Source: a virus
Taxonomy: Duplodnaviria; Caudoviricetes
Direction: 5' to 3' (one strand)
DNA length: 28,279 nt
IMG/VR virus record: IMGVR_UViG_3300023173_000081
Span: 1-28,279 of that record
Below the pieces are notes generated by a model, which saw only the letters and a program-made list of their open reading frames with translations, made no database searches and had not been told where the DNA came from. Of the stretch, positions 8,584 to 17,455 are shown in pieces. Numbering within the stretch: position 1 is the stretch's first letter; each line of letters begins with the position of its first letter. The position numbers and the translations under genes were made by a program.

Positions 8584-9462
8584 TTAACCAAGCTCTGCAA
8601 GCAGGTCATTCAGGTCGTCTTCATCAGAGGATGCTGACGTAGTAGTTGGCGATGGAGATACGTCTGATCCAGCCGCAGCCTTCACTTCGTATTCAACATC
8701 AATTGCATCATCTACCGACGCTGAAGCCAGGTCAGACGCAATAGACTCAGTTGCTTTCTCTGCTGGCGCAGGAAGCTTGCCATGAGTGGAAGAGGCCAAA
8801 GCAGTGATAGCTTTCGCTTTCTTGGCTTCACTTTCTTGTTGCGCGTAACCGTATAGATCTTCCATCTTCTCAAGCATTGCAGGAGAGGTTTCAGATTGCT
8901 TCTTGGCAAGTGACAAGGTGTAACGAGTGTCACGGCCAGAGCCAGAACGCTTAACTACAACATCGATGCCCATGTTCTCTTCGAAGTCATCACCTTCCAG
9001 TGCCATTTCTTCAAGAACATCCATCAAGTCTTTTTCAAAAAGAGACTTAGGGAATTCGTAAATTTGCGGCTCTGTTTCGCCTGCTGTGACATTGATTGCG
9101 TTAACCAATACACGACCTTTGGCGCGAGCTTCATCAAGCATTTTGAAAGTAGGATCATGCTCTGCGGCGTCCTTACCAAGACGAGAGCGAATTTCACGCT
9201 TACCGTCATTGATCATTTCGCAGATTTCACATGGCTTATCAAAAGTCTCTTCGGAGCAAACGTAAACCGCTTTTAACTGCCCTTTGTTGTCTTTGATGAA
9301 GTGATTTGCGAAAGGCTGGAAGAAAAGACCACGATCTTTTTCACCGCCAGGAAGGATTCGAAGAACTGAACGACCATCAGGAATTTTTGCTGTCTTCTTG
9401 AAGGTTGCTTTTTTACTTTCTTGGGTTTGCTTGAACTTTTTAAGTCTGTCTAATGCTGACAT
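8584..9462 (-). CDS. T4 gp32-like single-stranded DNA-binding protein (start revised to MSALD)
   Basis: RILPG...ANHF...VC...CEIC zinc-ligand pattern; acidic tail DEDDLNDLLAELG resembling the gp32 tail; SD AAGGTG before ATG at 9462. Confidence 0.8.
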   Translation of the reverse strand: MSALDRLKKFKQTQESKKATFKKTAKIPDGRSVLRILPGGEKDRGLFFQPFANHFIKDNKGQLKAVYVCSEETFDKPCEICEMINDGKREIRSRLGKDAAEHDPTFKMLDEARAKGRVLVNAINVTAGETEPQIYEFPKSLFEKDLMDVLEEMALEGDDFEENMGIDVVVKRSGSGRDTRYTLSLAKKQSETSPAMLEKMEDLYGYAQQESEAKKAKAITALASSTHGKLPAPAEKATESIASDLASASVDDAIDVEYEVKAAAGSDVSPSPTTTSASSDEDDLNDLLAELG

Positions 9463-9523
9463 TTCATTCACCTTAATTTTCTGTTTTAACTGCTCTTTCG
9501 AGATACTCAAAGCCTACCAAATG

Positions 9524-9577
9524 TAAGTAAGCTATGACTTACTTTTTAAAGTTTAATTAGTTTATTTCCGAAGTCAA
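9524..9577 (-). promoter_or_regulatory. Promoter TTGACT-16-TAAACT (9577-9550) with downstream operator (9524-9541)
   Basis: TAAGT aagctatg ACTTA lies 8 bp downstream of the -10 element. Confidence 0.7.
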
Positions 9578-9581
9578 CAGC

Positions 9582-10175
9582 TTAAGCTGAAATCTTCTCC
9601 CTACGATCGTTCACGGCTCTCGCCAAGCTTCGTGTAGAGCCGCTTTCGCTTACTGAAAGCTCACCTTCACGTTCAACATTTAAGCGCTTTGCAACCTGCG
9701 TTAGCATGTCACGGCGATGATTGAAAGACTCAAAGGCAGACTTAGCTAAAGCATGTTCGGCTTTAACATCGTGATAGCTATCCAGCGCATTCTGGTAATC
9801 TTCATTCAGAAGAATTTCACCTTCGATCATCTTCTCAGTGACCTTACGTTTTTCTTCTGTTGCTGCTGCCCTAACCTCACGATCAAGCATGGCATAAAGA
9901 ACTTCCATACGCTTTTTGGCGGCATCCATTCTTCGCTGAATCTTTGAAAGCAACACACCATATTTTAAGTGCAATGAGGCTTGCTCAATCATGGCGTTGT
10001 CGAGTTCCAGCTCATTAAAGGCAACGTCTTTGTGAAGCTGATCTGGATCGATGCGACCCGATGGTTTGGCTTTGGGCTTCTCAACAACCTCTTCCGAAGC
10101 TTTCGTGCCTATTTCAGCCATCTCTAGCTCATCCAGGTCTTCAAGTAATTCATCAATATCTAAGTCGTCTGACAT
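9582..10175 (-). CDS. UvsY-like recombination mediator (helical protein; start revised to MSDDL)
   Basis: Helical pattern (QASLHLKYG...VTEKMIEGEILLNEDY...AFESFNHRRDML) resembles T4 UvsY; adjacent to gp32-like SSB and RecA; SD AGGAG. Confidence 0.6.
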   Translation of the reverse strand: MSDDLDIDELLEDLDELEMAEIGTKASEEVVEKPKAKPSGRIDPDQLHKDVAFNELELDNAMIEQASLHLKYGVLLSKIQRRMDAAKKRMEVLYAMLDREVRAAATEEKRKVTEKMIEGEILLNEDYQNALDSYHDVKAEHALAKSAFESFNHRRDMLTQVAKRLNVEREGELSVSESGSTRSLARAVNDRREKISA

Positions 10176-10216
10176 GGTTTTCTCCTGTTTAGTTAAATTA
10201 AAACCCTTCCCAACCA

Positions 10217-10396
10217 TCATTTGGGAAATTTGTATTTGGCAATTTCTTCTCTCCTTTTTTCGATGTCTTCTCTTGTGGTATAGAGACCTCTTCGAAGACT
10301 TAAATTACCCCGTGAATATCTGGCAACAAGGTTTCGGGTTAGCTCTCGCTCCCTATCCTCTCGTTTATTTGAGAATAACTTTTTAATGGAGCGCAT
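10217..10396 (-). CDS. Small basic hypothetical protein (59 aa; not in ORF track)
   Basis: MRSIKKLFSNKREDRERELTRNLVARYSRGNLSLRRGLYTTREDIEKRREEIAKYKFPK; fills the gap and overlaps the stop of the upstream gene. Confidence 0.6.
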   Translation of the reverse strand: MRSIKKLFSNKREDRERELTRNLVARYSRGNLSLRRGLYTTREDIEKRREEIAKYKFPK

Positions 10397-10595
10397 TGTC
10401 TTTTTGGCCCATATCTATTAAAACTTGAATTAGTTGACCTTCATCAGCCAATACTTCTTCATCTTTTCCGTTAGGCGATTCGTCAATTTTGTCCTTCAAG
10501 AAATCAGCTTGAGGAGAGTTTTTGCCAAAAGCCAACTCCGTTAGCATTAACCAATTACCAAGCGTTGAGTCTTGACCTGTTGATAGTTTCTTCAT
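10383..10595 (-). CDS. Hypothetical protein (70 aa)
   Basis: ATGA coupling, SD GAGGG. Confidence 0.75.
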   Translation of the reverse strand: MKKLSTGQDSTLGNWLMLTELAFGKNSPQADFLKDKIDESPNGKDEEVLADEGQLIQVLIDMGQKDNALH

Positions 10596-10912
10596 GATTG
10601 GCCCTCTTTATAAATATGAAGCATTGCAAGGTATTTATTGTTTTTCATTCTCCAAATATCGAAGTGGAATGTGTATTTCTCAGAGGGAAATTCCTTTACT
10701 GAGTATGCGCTTCTAATTAGCTCCTTGTTCTTTATCTGTAATTCAACAATGGTGTTTTTATATTCCTTCTTACGCCAGAACCAACCTGCCCAAGAGTTAG
10801 CAAGTTTCCACTTCAAAGAATAAATCTCATAAAGGTTTTTGCACATAGCATCAAACCAATCGGGATTATCGACATCTTTAAAGTCTATGTAGACTTTCAC
10901 CAGAGTTTTCAT
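10592..10912 (-). CDS. Hypothetical protein (106 aa)
   Basis: Coupled ORF in operon, SD GGAG. Confidence 0.7.
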   Translation of the reverse strand: MKTLVKVYIDFKDVDNPDWFDAMCKNLYEIYSLKWKLANSWAGWFWRKKEYKNTIVELQIKNKELIRSAYSVKEFPSEKYTFHFDIWRMKNNKYLAMLHIYKEGQS

Positions 10913-10914
10913 GG

Positions 10915-11223
10915 TTATGACTCCATAGCCGCTTTGAAGTGAATTAACACCTCTTTAAAAACCGCATTGTGAGCAAGAACCCACTCGTATAGGTCATCAT
11001 CTTCTTTCTTATCAACGGTAAGTCTTGCGAACATTCCGGCTGACTCTTCATAGCGCATTTGCAACCACTGTTCGAAGGTTTCCAAGCTGTTAACACCTGC
11101 ATGTTTTAACAATGCCGATGTGCACTTGTTGATTTCAATCATTTTGGAATACGGAATCATGCCCGCAGCTTCCATCTTTTGATCGAGATCTTTAATCTCT
11201 TCCTTGGTCATCGATTTTTTCAT
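10915..11223 (-). CDS. Hypothetical protein (102 aa)
   Basis: SD AGGAGTGG; overlaps the upstream gene. Confidence 0.75.
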   Translation of the reverse strand: MKKSMTKEEIKDLDQKMEAAGMIPYSKMIEINKCTSALLKHAGVNSLETFEQWLQMRYEESAGMFARLTVDKKEDDDLYEWVLAHNAVFKEVLIHFKAAMES

Positions 11224-11770
11224 GATCCACTCCTACTGCCGCTGATTCCTGTAACTTCAAAAGTGCTTCAAGATATTTCTCAGAACCGCCATAACGGAGG
11301 TTTCTTAGAGCATCGAAGAACTCAAGAATTTCTGCATGTGTGGTAAAAATCTTTGTTGGAAGGTGATAGGTGTATTCCTGATCGTAGTTAAACTTGATCT
11401 CTTCGCCTTTAACAAAGAAGTTCGCCAAAGCCTTCGTAATGGTTCTTGATTTATCAGCACTACAAGGCCACCCTTCGTGCTTTTTAATCTGAGCTTTAAA
11501 ATGTCGCTCATAGAAGTTGCAATGAAGAAATAAATCCTCTGCCTTTTCATTTTTCGCTTTAGAACTTATTAAGCCCTTAAAGACATCAATTAATGGGCTT
11601 AATCCAAAATTAAACATTTCAGGGTCGCAGTTTTCGACGCACTTACCGGAATTTTGTAGTATTTCAGATTCAGCCAATTCCTCGTAAGCCGAAGTTTGTC
11701 TTTCTTTAGCGGCCACAAGTAATCCGTTTAACACATCAGACACAGCATCTTTATTTTGATCAGTCATCAT
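11192..11770 (-). CDS. Hypothetical protein (192 aa)
   Basis: ORF directly after dnaE-C, SD GGGGTG. Confidence 0.75.
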   Translation of the reverse strand: MMTDQNKDAVSDVLNGLLVAAKERQTSAYEELAESEILQNSGKCVENCDPEMFNFGLSPLIDVFKGLISSKAKNEKAEDLFLHCNFYERHFKAQIKKHEGWPCSADKSRTITKALANFFVKGEEIKFNYDQEYTYHLPTKIFTTHAEILEFFDALRNLRYGGSEKYLEALLKLQESAAVGVDHEKIDDQGRD

Positions 11771-11776
11771 TCACCC

Positions 11777-12979
11777 CTATTTACCTTTTAATCCACGAAC
11801 CATATCCATCACGGTCGCAAACACATCGTCTAGACGACTTTGTTCGTCAGGTCGAAATGCGATCATGGAAGGGTTCATTCCAAAAACTATTGAACGGTCT
11901 TTCTTCTCGTCATAAATGACTTGGCCACATAGCTGATCCCAAGAGCCTTTGGCGTCAGGCCACACATGACGAATTGCAGCTCCACCCAAACAGACAATCA
12001 CTGCTGGATTTAAAAGCTCAATCTCTTTGTCTAACGTGGGCGCTTGATCATTGATTTGATCGTTGGTCAGGGTCTTCTGCTCTTTAGGGCGCTTATACTT
12101 GATTAGCCCTGTCCAGTAGCCATCGTTCTTGTCTAAGCCACTACAAGCCATTGCTTGCTCAACTGGATCAGCAGTAATGCCCTCCATAAAGCGGCCGGCC
12201 TCTTCTTCCGACCAAGTGGCAGAGTCCGTAACAACCATGAACTTCGCGTTTGCCCCAATCGCAGGTTTAACAAAGAACTCGGTATCAAACTCATCGATCT
12301 TTGAATCCCTGGCATTCAACAATTCAGTCAAAAGCTCATCTTTGGTGTCAGCGTCCAATGTCAAAGCTCGCTCTGCCTTCACAACCTCATCAATCAACGC
12401 TCCCAGAGCTTCGATCTGAGCTTTTAATCGAGATTCATCCAAAGGCTCTGGCACTCCCTTCTGAATGGAGTAGAACGCGCCTATGGAATCCAGACGTTCA
12501 ATGACTCGCTTGTTCACACAACGGCGATTCACGTTATCAATCAACTCTTCAACGCTTTTGAATCGTCCGCCACATAAGCTCTTAGCGTCTTTGATGCTCT
12601 GTAGCCCTTTCTCAGAGAGCCCCTGAATCTTTTCTAAAGGCGTAAGTAGAACCAATTCACCGTCATGTTCTTTGATCTTGAATTTGGTAAAGTCCGAGTC
12701 ATTAATGTCCGGTGGAAATACTTTGACTCCGTTTAGCTTCGCGTCTTTCACAAGCGGAAGGATCTTCTCATCGGTATCCGCAACAGAGAGCGCGGCAGCG
12801 TAGAACTGAACTGGATAATTAGCTTTCACATACGCAGCTAAATAACTAATTACCGTGTAGCTATAAGCGTGAGAAGAGTTGAATGAGTAGGCAGCAAAAC
12901 CTTCAATATCATTCCAGAAAGATTCTGCTGCTTCGCTGGCCATTCCGTCTTCAAGGCGTTTTAAATTTTTAATCTTCAT
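11777..12979 (-). CDS. dnaE: DNA polymerase III alpha, C-terminal part (fingers + HhH) fused to a degenerate UDG family-4-like domain
   Basis: FAAYSFNSSHAYSY, YVKANYPVQFYAAAL, PPDINDS, IQGL (HhH), VNKRVIERLDSIGAF; C-terminal ~165 aa follows a UDG-like pattern (ANAKFMVV...GRFMEG...KRP...EIELLNPAVIVCLG...NPS). Confidence 0.88.
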   Translation of the reverse strand: MKIKNLKRLEDGMASEAAESFWNDIEGFAAYSFNSSHAYSYTVISYLAAYVKANYPVQFYAAALSVADTDEKILPLVKDAKLNGVKVFPPDINDSDFTKFKIKEHDGELVLLTPLEKIQGLSEKGLQSIKDAKSLCGGRFKSVEELIDNVNRRCVNKRVIERLDSIGAFYSIQKGVPEPLDESRLKAQIEALGALIDEVVKAERALTLDADTKDELLTELLNARDSKIDEFDTEFFVKPAIGANAKFMVVTDSATWSEEEAGRFMEGITADPVEQAMACSGLDKNDGYWTGLIKYKRPKEQKTLTNDQINDQAPTLDKEIELLNPAVIVCLGGAAIRHVWPDAKGSWDQLCGQVIYDEKKDRSIVFGMNPSMIAFRPDEQSRLDDVFATVMDMVRGLKGK

Positions 12980-12996
12980 AAGTCATTACTTACTTA
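12979..12996. promoter_or_regulatory. Operator palindrome overlapping the dnaE-C start codon
   Basis: TAAGT cattactt ACTTA, identical to the copy at 19622-19639. Confidence 0.75.
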
Positions 12997-13035
12997 CTTT
13001 TAAATTTAAATTAATATCGCTCAATCACAGCGGTT

Positions 13036-13341
13036 TTACAACTGCTGGTGATCATCCCTTTCAAGATATTTAGTCAAAGCTTCCACCAATTCAGGGCTAG
13101 GCTGCTTGTTTTCTACAACGGTTCTAGCCATCTCTTGCAGTGTAAATTGCAAGGCTGAAGAGTAACTACAGCGACCCTCAGAATTATTTGCCTGGAAGTT
13201 AAGGAAATCTTGCATCAGATCTCTAAGAGGCTCATCCAACTTATAAGGTCTTGGCTTGATGCCCTTCTCAGCTTGCAGCTTTAAAGATTCCTGCTTCTTC
13301 TGAGAAAAGTATTCAGAACCGCGCTCTTGTGTATTGGACAT
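13036..13341 (-). CDS. Hypothetical protein between the two dnaE halves (101 aa)
   Basis: TAATG stop/start coupling with dnaE-N, SD GAGGGGG; no HNH, GIY-YIG or LAGLIDADG motif seen. Confidence 0.75.
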   Translation of the reverse strand: MSNTQERGSEYFSQKKQESLKLQAEKGIKPRPYKLDEPLRDLMQDFLNFQANNSEGRCSYSSALQFTLQEMARTVVENKQPSPELVEALTKYLERDDHQQL

Positions 13342-15650
13342 TATAAACCCCCCTCAATTGTGTATCCGTTTTCGTAAGCCTGAAGGATTGTAACCTGATC
13401 CTCCACTTCTTCAACTGACACTTTGGTTAGAGCATGAACTTCTTTAACTTGACCATCCTCAAGTTCAATTTGCACATAGCCTGTTGTTGCGCCATCCATG
13501 AATTGCTTCTTCATGGAGGCCATCAAGTCAGCATCCTTCTTGCCTACCGCTTTACGAAGAACGTCGGCTTCTGCCATCGTAAAGCCACACATGTCACGGG
13601 CAATCTGCATCAACTGTTCTTGATAGATAAGAACACCATCCGTAGATTTAAGGGCGTCATTCGTCCTTGGGTGCGGATACGTTGGCATCTCGATTCCCTG
13701 GCGAATTTCGATGTATTTATCTGCCAATCCAGCATCTAATGGGCCAGGTCTATTCAGTGCTGTCACCGCAACCGCATCATCAAATGAGATAGCAGAACCA
13801 CAACTAAGATCTCGCAATAGCTTTCGTGCTCCACCCTTCTCAAACTGGAAGATTCCAACAGTGTCACCTCTCCCCATTAGCTTCAACGTTTCTTTGTTGT
13901 CTAATGGAATGGCTTCATAGTCGATCACCTCAGAAGTAGTTTCTTCAATAAGATCTTGAGCAATGTCCAAGGTATCAAGCGTTGCTAGACCAAGAATATC
14001 GAGCTTAATTAAGCCCCACTCTTCTACCGATCGCTTGTCCCAGTTAACCGTTGTGTCTTTTCGAGTTTCAACAACCGCTCTGTTTACGATGGGTTCGCCC
14101 GCAACAACGATACCTGCTGCGTGTTGTCCTAACGCTCGATTCTGACCTTGAAGCGCTACTGCCTGTTCAAACACATCTTCGTTATCTTTAGCGAATCGAG
14201 AAAGCTCCGGCACTTCTTTTACGGCCTCCTCAAGTCGTGTGTCAGCCGGAATCAACTTCGCACAGCTCAGTTCATGAGGTAACAATCCAAATACTCGCCC
14301 TACGTCTCTCAATGCTCCTGACGCTGCAATGGTTGAATAGTTTGATATGCCCGCTACATTCTCACGGCCAAAATGCTCAACTAAGTGATCGATCACCATC
14401 TGTCGCTTGGAGGACTGAAAATCCAAATCAATATCGGGGTAATCAAGTCGATCTGGATTTAAGAATCGCTCGAAAATTAGATTGAACCGTAGAGGATCGA
14501 CATCAGTAATACCCAACACATAAGAAAGTAATGATCCAGCCGCAGATCCTCGACCGGGACCGACTTTTACATCGTTCTCTTTGCACCAATTGACAACGTA
14601 ACTAACCAATAAAAAATAAGAGCTAAAACCCATCTGTCGAATGACCTGAAGCTCATAAGCCAAGCGATCTTTATAGGGAGTAAGATCTTTTGGCTTGAAT
14701 CCATAGACCTCAGAACCCAATCGTTTTTTAAACCCTTCAACAGCCAGTTTTGCTAACGTTGCGAATTCGTTTTCACTGAATGTTGGCAAGCACATTTCCT
14801 GCTTTTCCCAGTGATAGTCACAATCTGAGAATGCGCCCAGTGAAGTGTCATACACGAATATCGAAGCCCCATCGCTAATCGTGCACTTGCTGGCGATAGC
14901 CTCAAGTTCTTCAGGCGATACCGGATGAAGATCTCGGAAATGCGACACCTGAAAGAAGCGACTCATCACGTTGCCCTTAGTGATAACACCACGCATGATG
15001 TCTTTAGGAAGATCCTGCCCTTCCAAGTAATGAATAGGACGAGTAACGATTCCGGTAATTCCTTTCTCAAACATCGCTGAGACTGCTTTAGAGTTCATTG
15101 TATGATTGAGTAATCCTTCAACGGCATGAAGCTCTACGAGGATGTCAGACGTATTGCCGGACTCAATTAACTTATCCAGAAGCTCATCATGTTTGTTCGC
15201 ATAAAACAAACCGTCAAATCCACCGGTCATCAACTTCAGGTTACCCTTTGAGAAGACTTCACAAACCTGGTCGTAAGATGCGCGTCCAGTGAAGTGAAAC
15301 TGATGTTCTTGGTGTGCTTGCGTTAAAAGCCAAAACAAGTCCTTCATGCCTTCATTATTCTTGGCTATCAGTCGAATCCAGGCATGATCATTATCAATTG
15401 CCTTCTCATCCGAATTTCTGGATGGCTCTTTGTATTCGGCATCTGATACGCAATGTATGGTTACGCCAATATGAAGCTTGAAATCCTTGTCTTTTGGAAG
15501 AGCTTTCGTGGCGTTAACTAATCCATTTACCGAGTTAGTGTCTGCCAAAATCGCTTCTTTGTATCCAAGTTCAATCAAGCTATTGATTGCTTCTTTTGGG
15601 GAAATAATGCTTTCGCCCATTGAGAAGTTTGATTTAATTACAGGGATCAT
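13341..15650 (-). CDS. dnaE: DNA polymerase III alpha, N-terminal part (degenerate PHP + palm/thumb/part of fingers)
   Basis: GPGRGSAAGSLLSYVLGIT, FERFLNPDR, catalytic PDIDLDF, QHAAGIVV, IKLDILGL, ALNRPGP, IYQEQLM, ADVLRKAVGKK. Confidence 0.95.
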   Translation of the reverse strand: MIPVIKSNFSMGESIISPKEAINSLIELGYKEAILADTNSVNGLVNATKALPKDKDFKLHIGVTIHCVSDAEYKEPSRNSDEKAIDNDHAWIRLIAKNNEGMKDLFWLLTQAHQEHQFHFTGRASYDQVCEVFSKGNLKLMTGGFDGLFYANKHDELLDKLIESGNTSDILVELHAVEGLLNHTMNSKAVSAMFEKGITGIVTRPIHYLEGQDLPKDIMRGVITKGNVMSRFFQVSHFRDLHPVSPEELEAIASKCTISDGASIFVYDTSLGAFSDCDYHWEKQEMCLPTFSENEFATLAKLAVEGFKKRLGSEVYGFKPKDLTPYKDRLAYELQVIRQMGFSSYFLLVSYVVNWCKENDVKVGPGRGSAAGSLLSYVLGITDVDPLRFNLIFERFLNPDRLDYPDIDLDFQSSKRQMVIDHLVEHFGRENVAGISNYSTIAASGALRDVGRVFGLLPHELSCAKLIPADTRLEEAVKEVPELSRFAKDNEDVFEQAVALQGQNRALGQHAAGIVVAGEPIVNRAVVETRKDTTVNWDKRSVEEWGLIKLDILGLATLDTLDIAQDLIEETTSEVIDYEAIPLDNKETLKLMGRGDTVGIFQFEKGGARKLLRDLSCGSAISFDDAVAVTALNRPGPLDAGLADKYIEIRQGIEMPTYPHPRTNDALKSTDGVLIYQEQLMQIARDMCGFTMAEADVLRKAVGKKDADLMASMKKQFMDGATTGYVQIELEDGQVKEVHALTKVSVEEVEDQVTILQAYENGYTIEGGL

Positions 15651-16216
15651 AATTTACTCCAAATGATTTGCCCTTCGACCTTTATCAGCTCGTAACTCTT
15701 GGCGATGTTCACAAAAGTTGAGACATATCGCTTGGCTGATAACTCGCTTACTGACAACACCTCTTGATAGTGCTGTCTCAGTGATAACTTGCTCGACCTG
15801 CTGTTCCTTTTAATCCAGCTCCACCCCTCACGCATGAAAGGGTAAAGATGAGAAGGAAAAGGATTTGCCTCTTTTGAAGCTCTTAAATCCAATCCATCTT
15901 TGAAAAGTGCGGTCAAAACTTTCCTGTCCCTTTCCGGTATGTTCATAGGAATATTCGCTTGGCTTGCATAATCGAACTTAACTGTCTTCGCAGGTTGCGA
16001 TACCTCTGCTGACTTCACTTCGAGCTTGGGCTTATCCAGCTCCATTCTTCGAATGTTTTGAAGTCTCACAAAGGTTTCAGTGTTCGCCACAGAACTCGCT
16101 TCATTAAGATAATCTGAGGACGCATCAAGGCAGTTACGCTCATGCTCACACCCTTTGCATGTATCTGATTTAGGGTTGTAGCAAGTGAATAATCCAAAGC
16201 ATCTAGGGGCTAACAT
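15647..16216 (-). CDS. Hypothetical protein with N-terminal Cys cluster (CFG...C...CKGC...C), possible C-terminal winged helix
   Basis: ATGA overlap with dnaE-N; 2 bp from cobS. Confidence 0.75.
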   Translation of the reverse strand: MLAPRCFGLFTCYNPKSDTCKGCEHERNCLDASSDYLNEASSVANTETFVRLQNIRRMELDKPKLEVKSAEVSQPAKTVKFDYASQANIPMNIPERDRKVLTALFKDGLDLRASKEANPFPSHLYPFMREGWSWIKRNSRSSKLSLRQHYQEVLSVSELSAKRYVSTFVNIAKSYELIKVEGQIIWSKL

Positions 16217-16218
16217 GC

Positions 16219-17388
16219 TTAATCCCCAAAGATGCGCTGTGCGAAGCCAAGAACCTTTTCTTTGTCCATGTCAGAAAGTCGATTTATGAAGGCCAACTCA
16301 GCGCCTTTCTTGAAGCTGCCTTTCGCAAATCCAACTTTCGCAATGTTCAAAAGCACTCGTGGCCCAAGCGTGTTCGATGTTTCTTTGTTTAAGAAGGCTT
16401 CACGACACTTGGTAGCAAACTCAACAATCAATTTGGCTTCAGACATCTTCACGCCGCCGTTCTTATGCACCATGTCGATTTCAACCTTCTGATCCATGTA
16501 TCCGAGATAGATCACGATGCCAAATCGTTCGTAGTTAGCAGAGTTACCTACGACTGTTCCGCCATACAGTCCCGTTTCGTCACCAGAACCGTTCGTATTT
16601 CCTGTCGCGCAGAAACGGAAGTTTGGATGTGGCTCAACAATTCTCCACTCTTCAGGGGCTTCTTTAACAACAAGAGGCTTTCCTTCTAGAACTGCTTGAT
16701 AGCAAGAAAGGACTTCTGGAATGGCGAAGTCATATTCGTCTGCCAGGTAAAGCCATCCGTATTTCATAGCCTGTTGAAGTAAGCCTGGAACCCAAACCAT
16801 TTCTTCGCCCTGAACTGTGTATTGTCCGGTAACGTGCGCCTCTTCCATGTTTCCTGTGTGTTGCACACGAACTGTTGGCCAATTGAAAGAGGAAGCAATG
16901 AACTCCCACAAAGTAGACTTACCTGTTCCTGCATGTCCCCAAATCATTGTTGGGATATTCAGTTCAAGTCCCATCACTGCGGTCTTGGTTTCTTCAGGCT
17001 GTGGAATGTAGTTTTCGAATGATTTCTTACATGGAATCAGGTGATTCCAGGCTTCATCAGATTCAGGCAGCTTTACTGGAATTGGATCGCCTGTTTTTGA
17101 TTTGAATTGATCTTTAAGGATCTTTTCAGAAGCTAAAACTTGGTGAAGATAAGTTCCCTCATCTTCAGTCTTTTCAACTTCTTTAACGGAATCTGATGCC
17201 GAAACCTTCTCACGTTTGCGATTTTCAATCTGTAAAACAGCGTATTCAGAAAGCAACGGTGCTTCTGGGAACTCTTCGCTGTAGCGCTCAAGCGTATATT
17301 CAGGGTGCTCTTTCTTTAAGTGCGGTTTGATTGCGTGAGTCTTTGCACCACAGATTTGACAAGTAATTTGGGCTGTTGAGTTAGCCAT
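16219..17388 (-). CDS. cobS: CobS/MoxR-like AAA+ ATPase with N-terminal C2H2 zinc finger (start revised to MANST)
   Basis: CQIC...H...H; Walker A GHAGTGKS, Walker B YLADEYD, HPNFRFCATGNT, ERF; SD GGAG. Confidence 0.88.
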   Translation of the reverse strand: MANSTAQITCQICGAKTHAIKPHLKKEHPEYTLERYSEEFPEAPLLSEYAVLQIENRKREKVSASDSVKEVEKTEDEGTYLHQVLASEKILKDQFKSKTGDPIPVKLPESDEAWNHLIPCKKSFENYIPQPEETKTAVMGLELNIPTMIWGHAGTGKSTLWEFIASSFNWPTVRVQHTGNMEEAHVTGQYTVQGEEMVWVPGLLQQAMKYGWLYLADEYDFAIPEVLSCYQAVLEGKPLVVKEAPEEWRIVEPHPNFRFCATGNTNGSGDETGLYGGTVVGNSANYERFGIVIYLGYMDQKVEIDMVHKNGGVKMSEAKLIVEFATKCREAFLNKETSNTLGPRVLLNIAKVGFAKGSFKKGAELAFINRLSDMDKEKVLGFAQRIFGD

Positions 17389-17455
17389 TAAGTTATCTCC
17401 TAAATTGTTTCTTAACTTGTTATGCAATTCATATTACATGAATATTCAAATAATG

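Noticed and set aside
13036-13341. Homing endonuclease between the dnaE halves
   Set aside because: No HNH, GIY-YIG, LAGLIDADG or Vsr-like motif is visible in 101 aa
12944-13480. Canonical trans-splicing split intein, or a frameshifted dnaE pseudogene
   Set aside because: No Cys/Ser1, TxxH or His-Asn/+1 nucleophile at the junction; both halves are intact and separated by a complete gene and an operator, so it is not a frameshift
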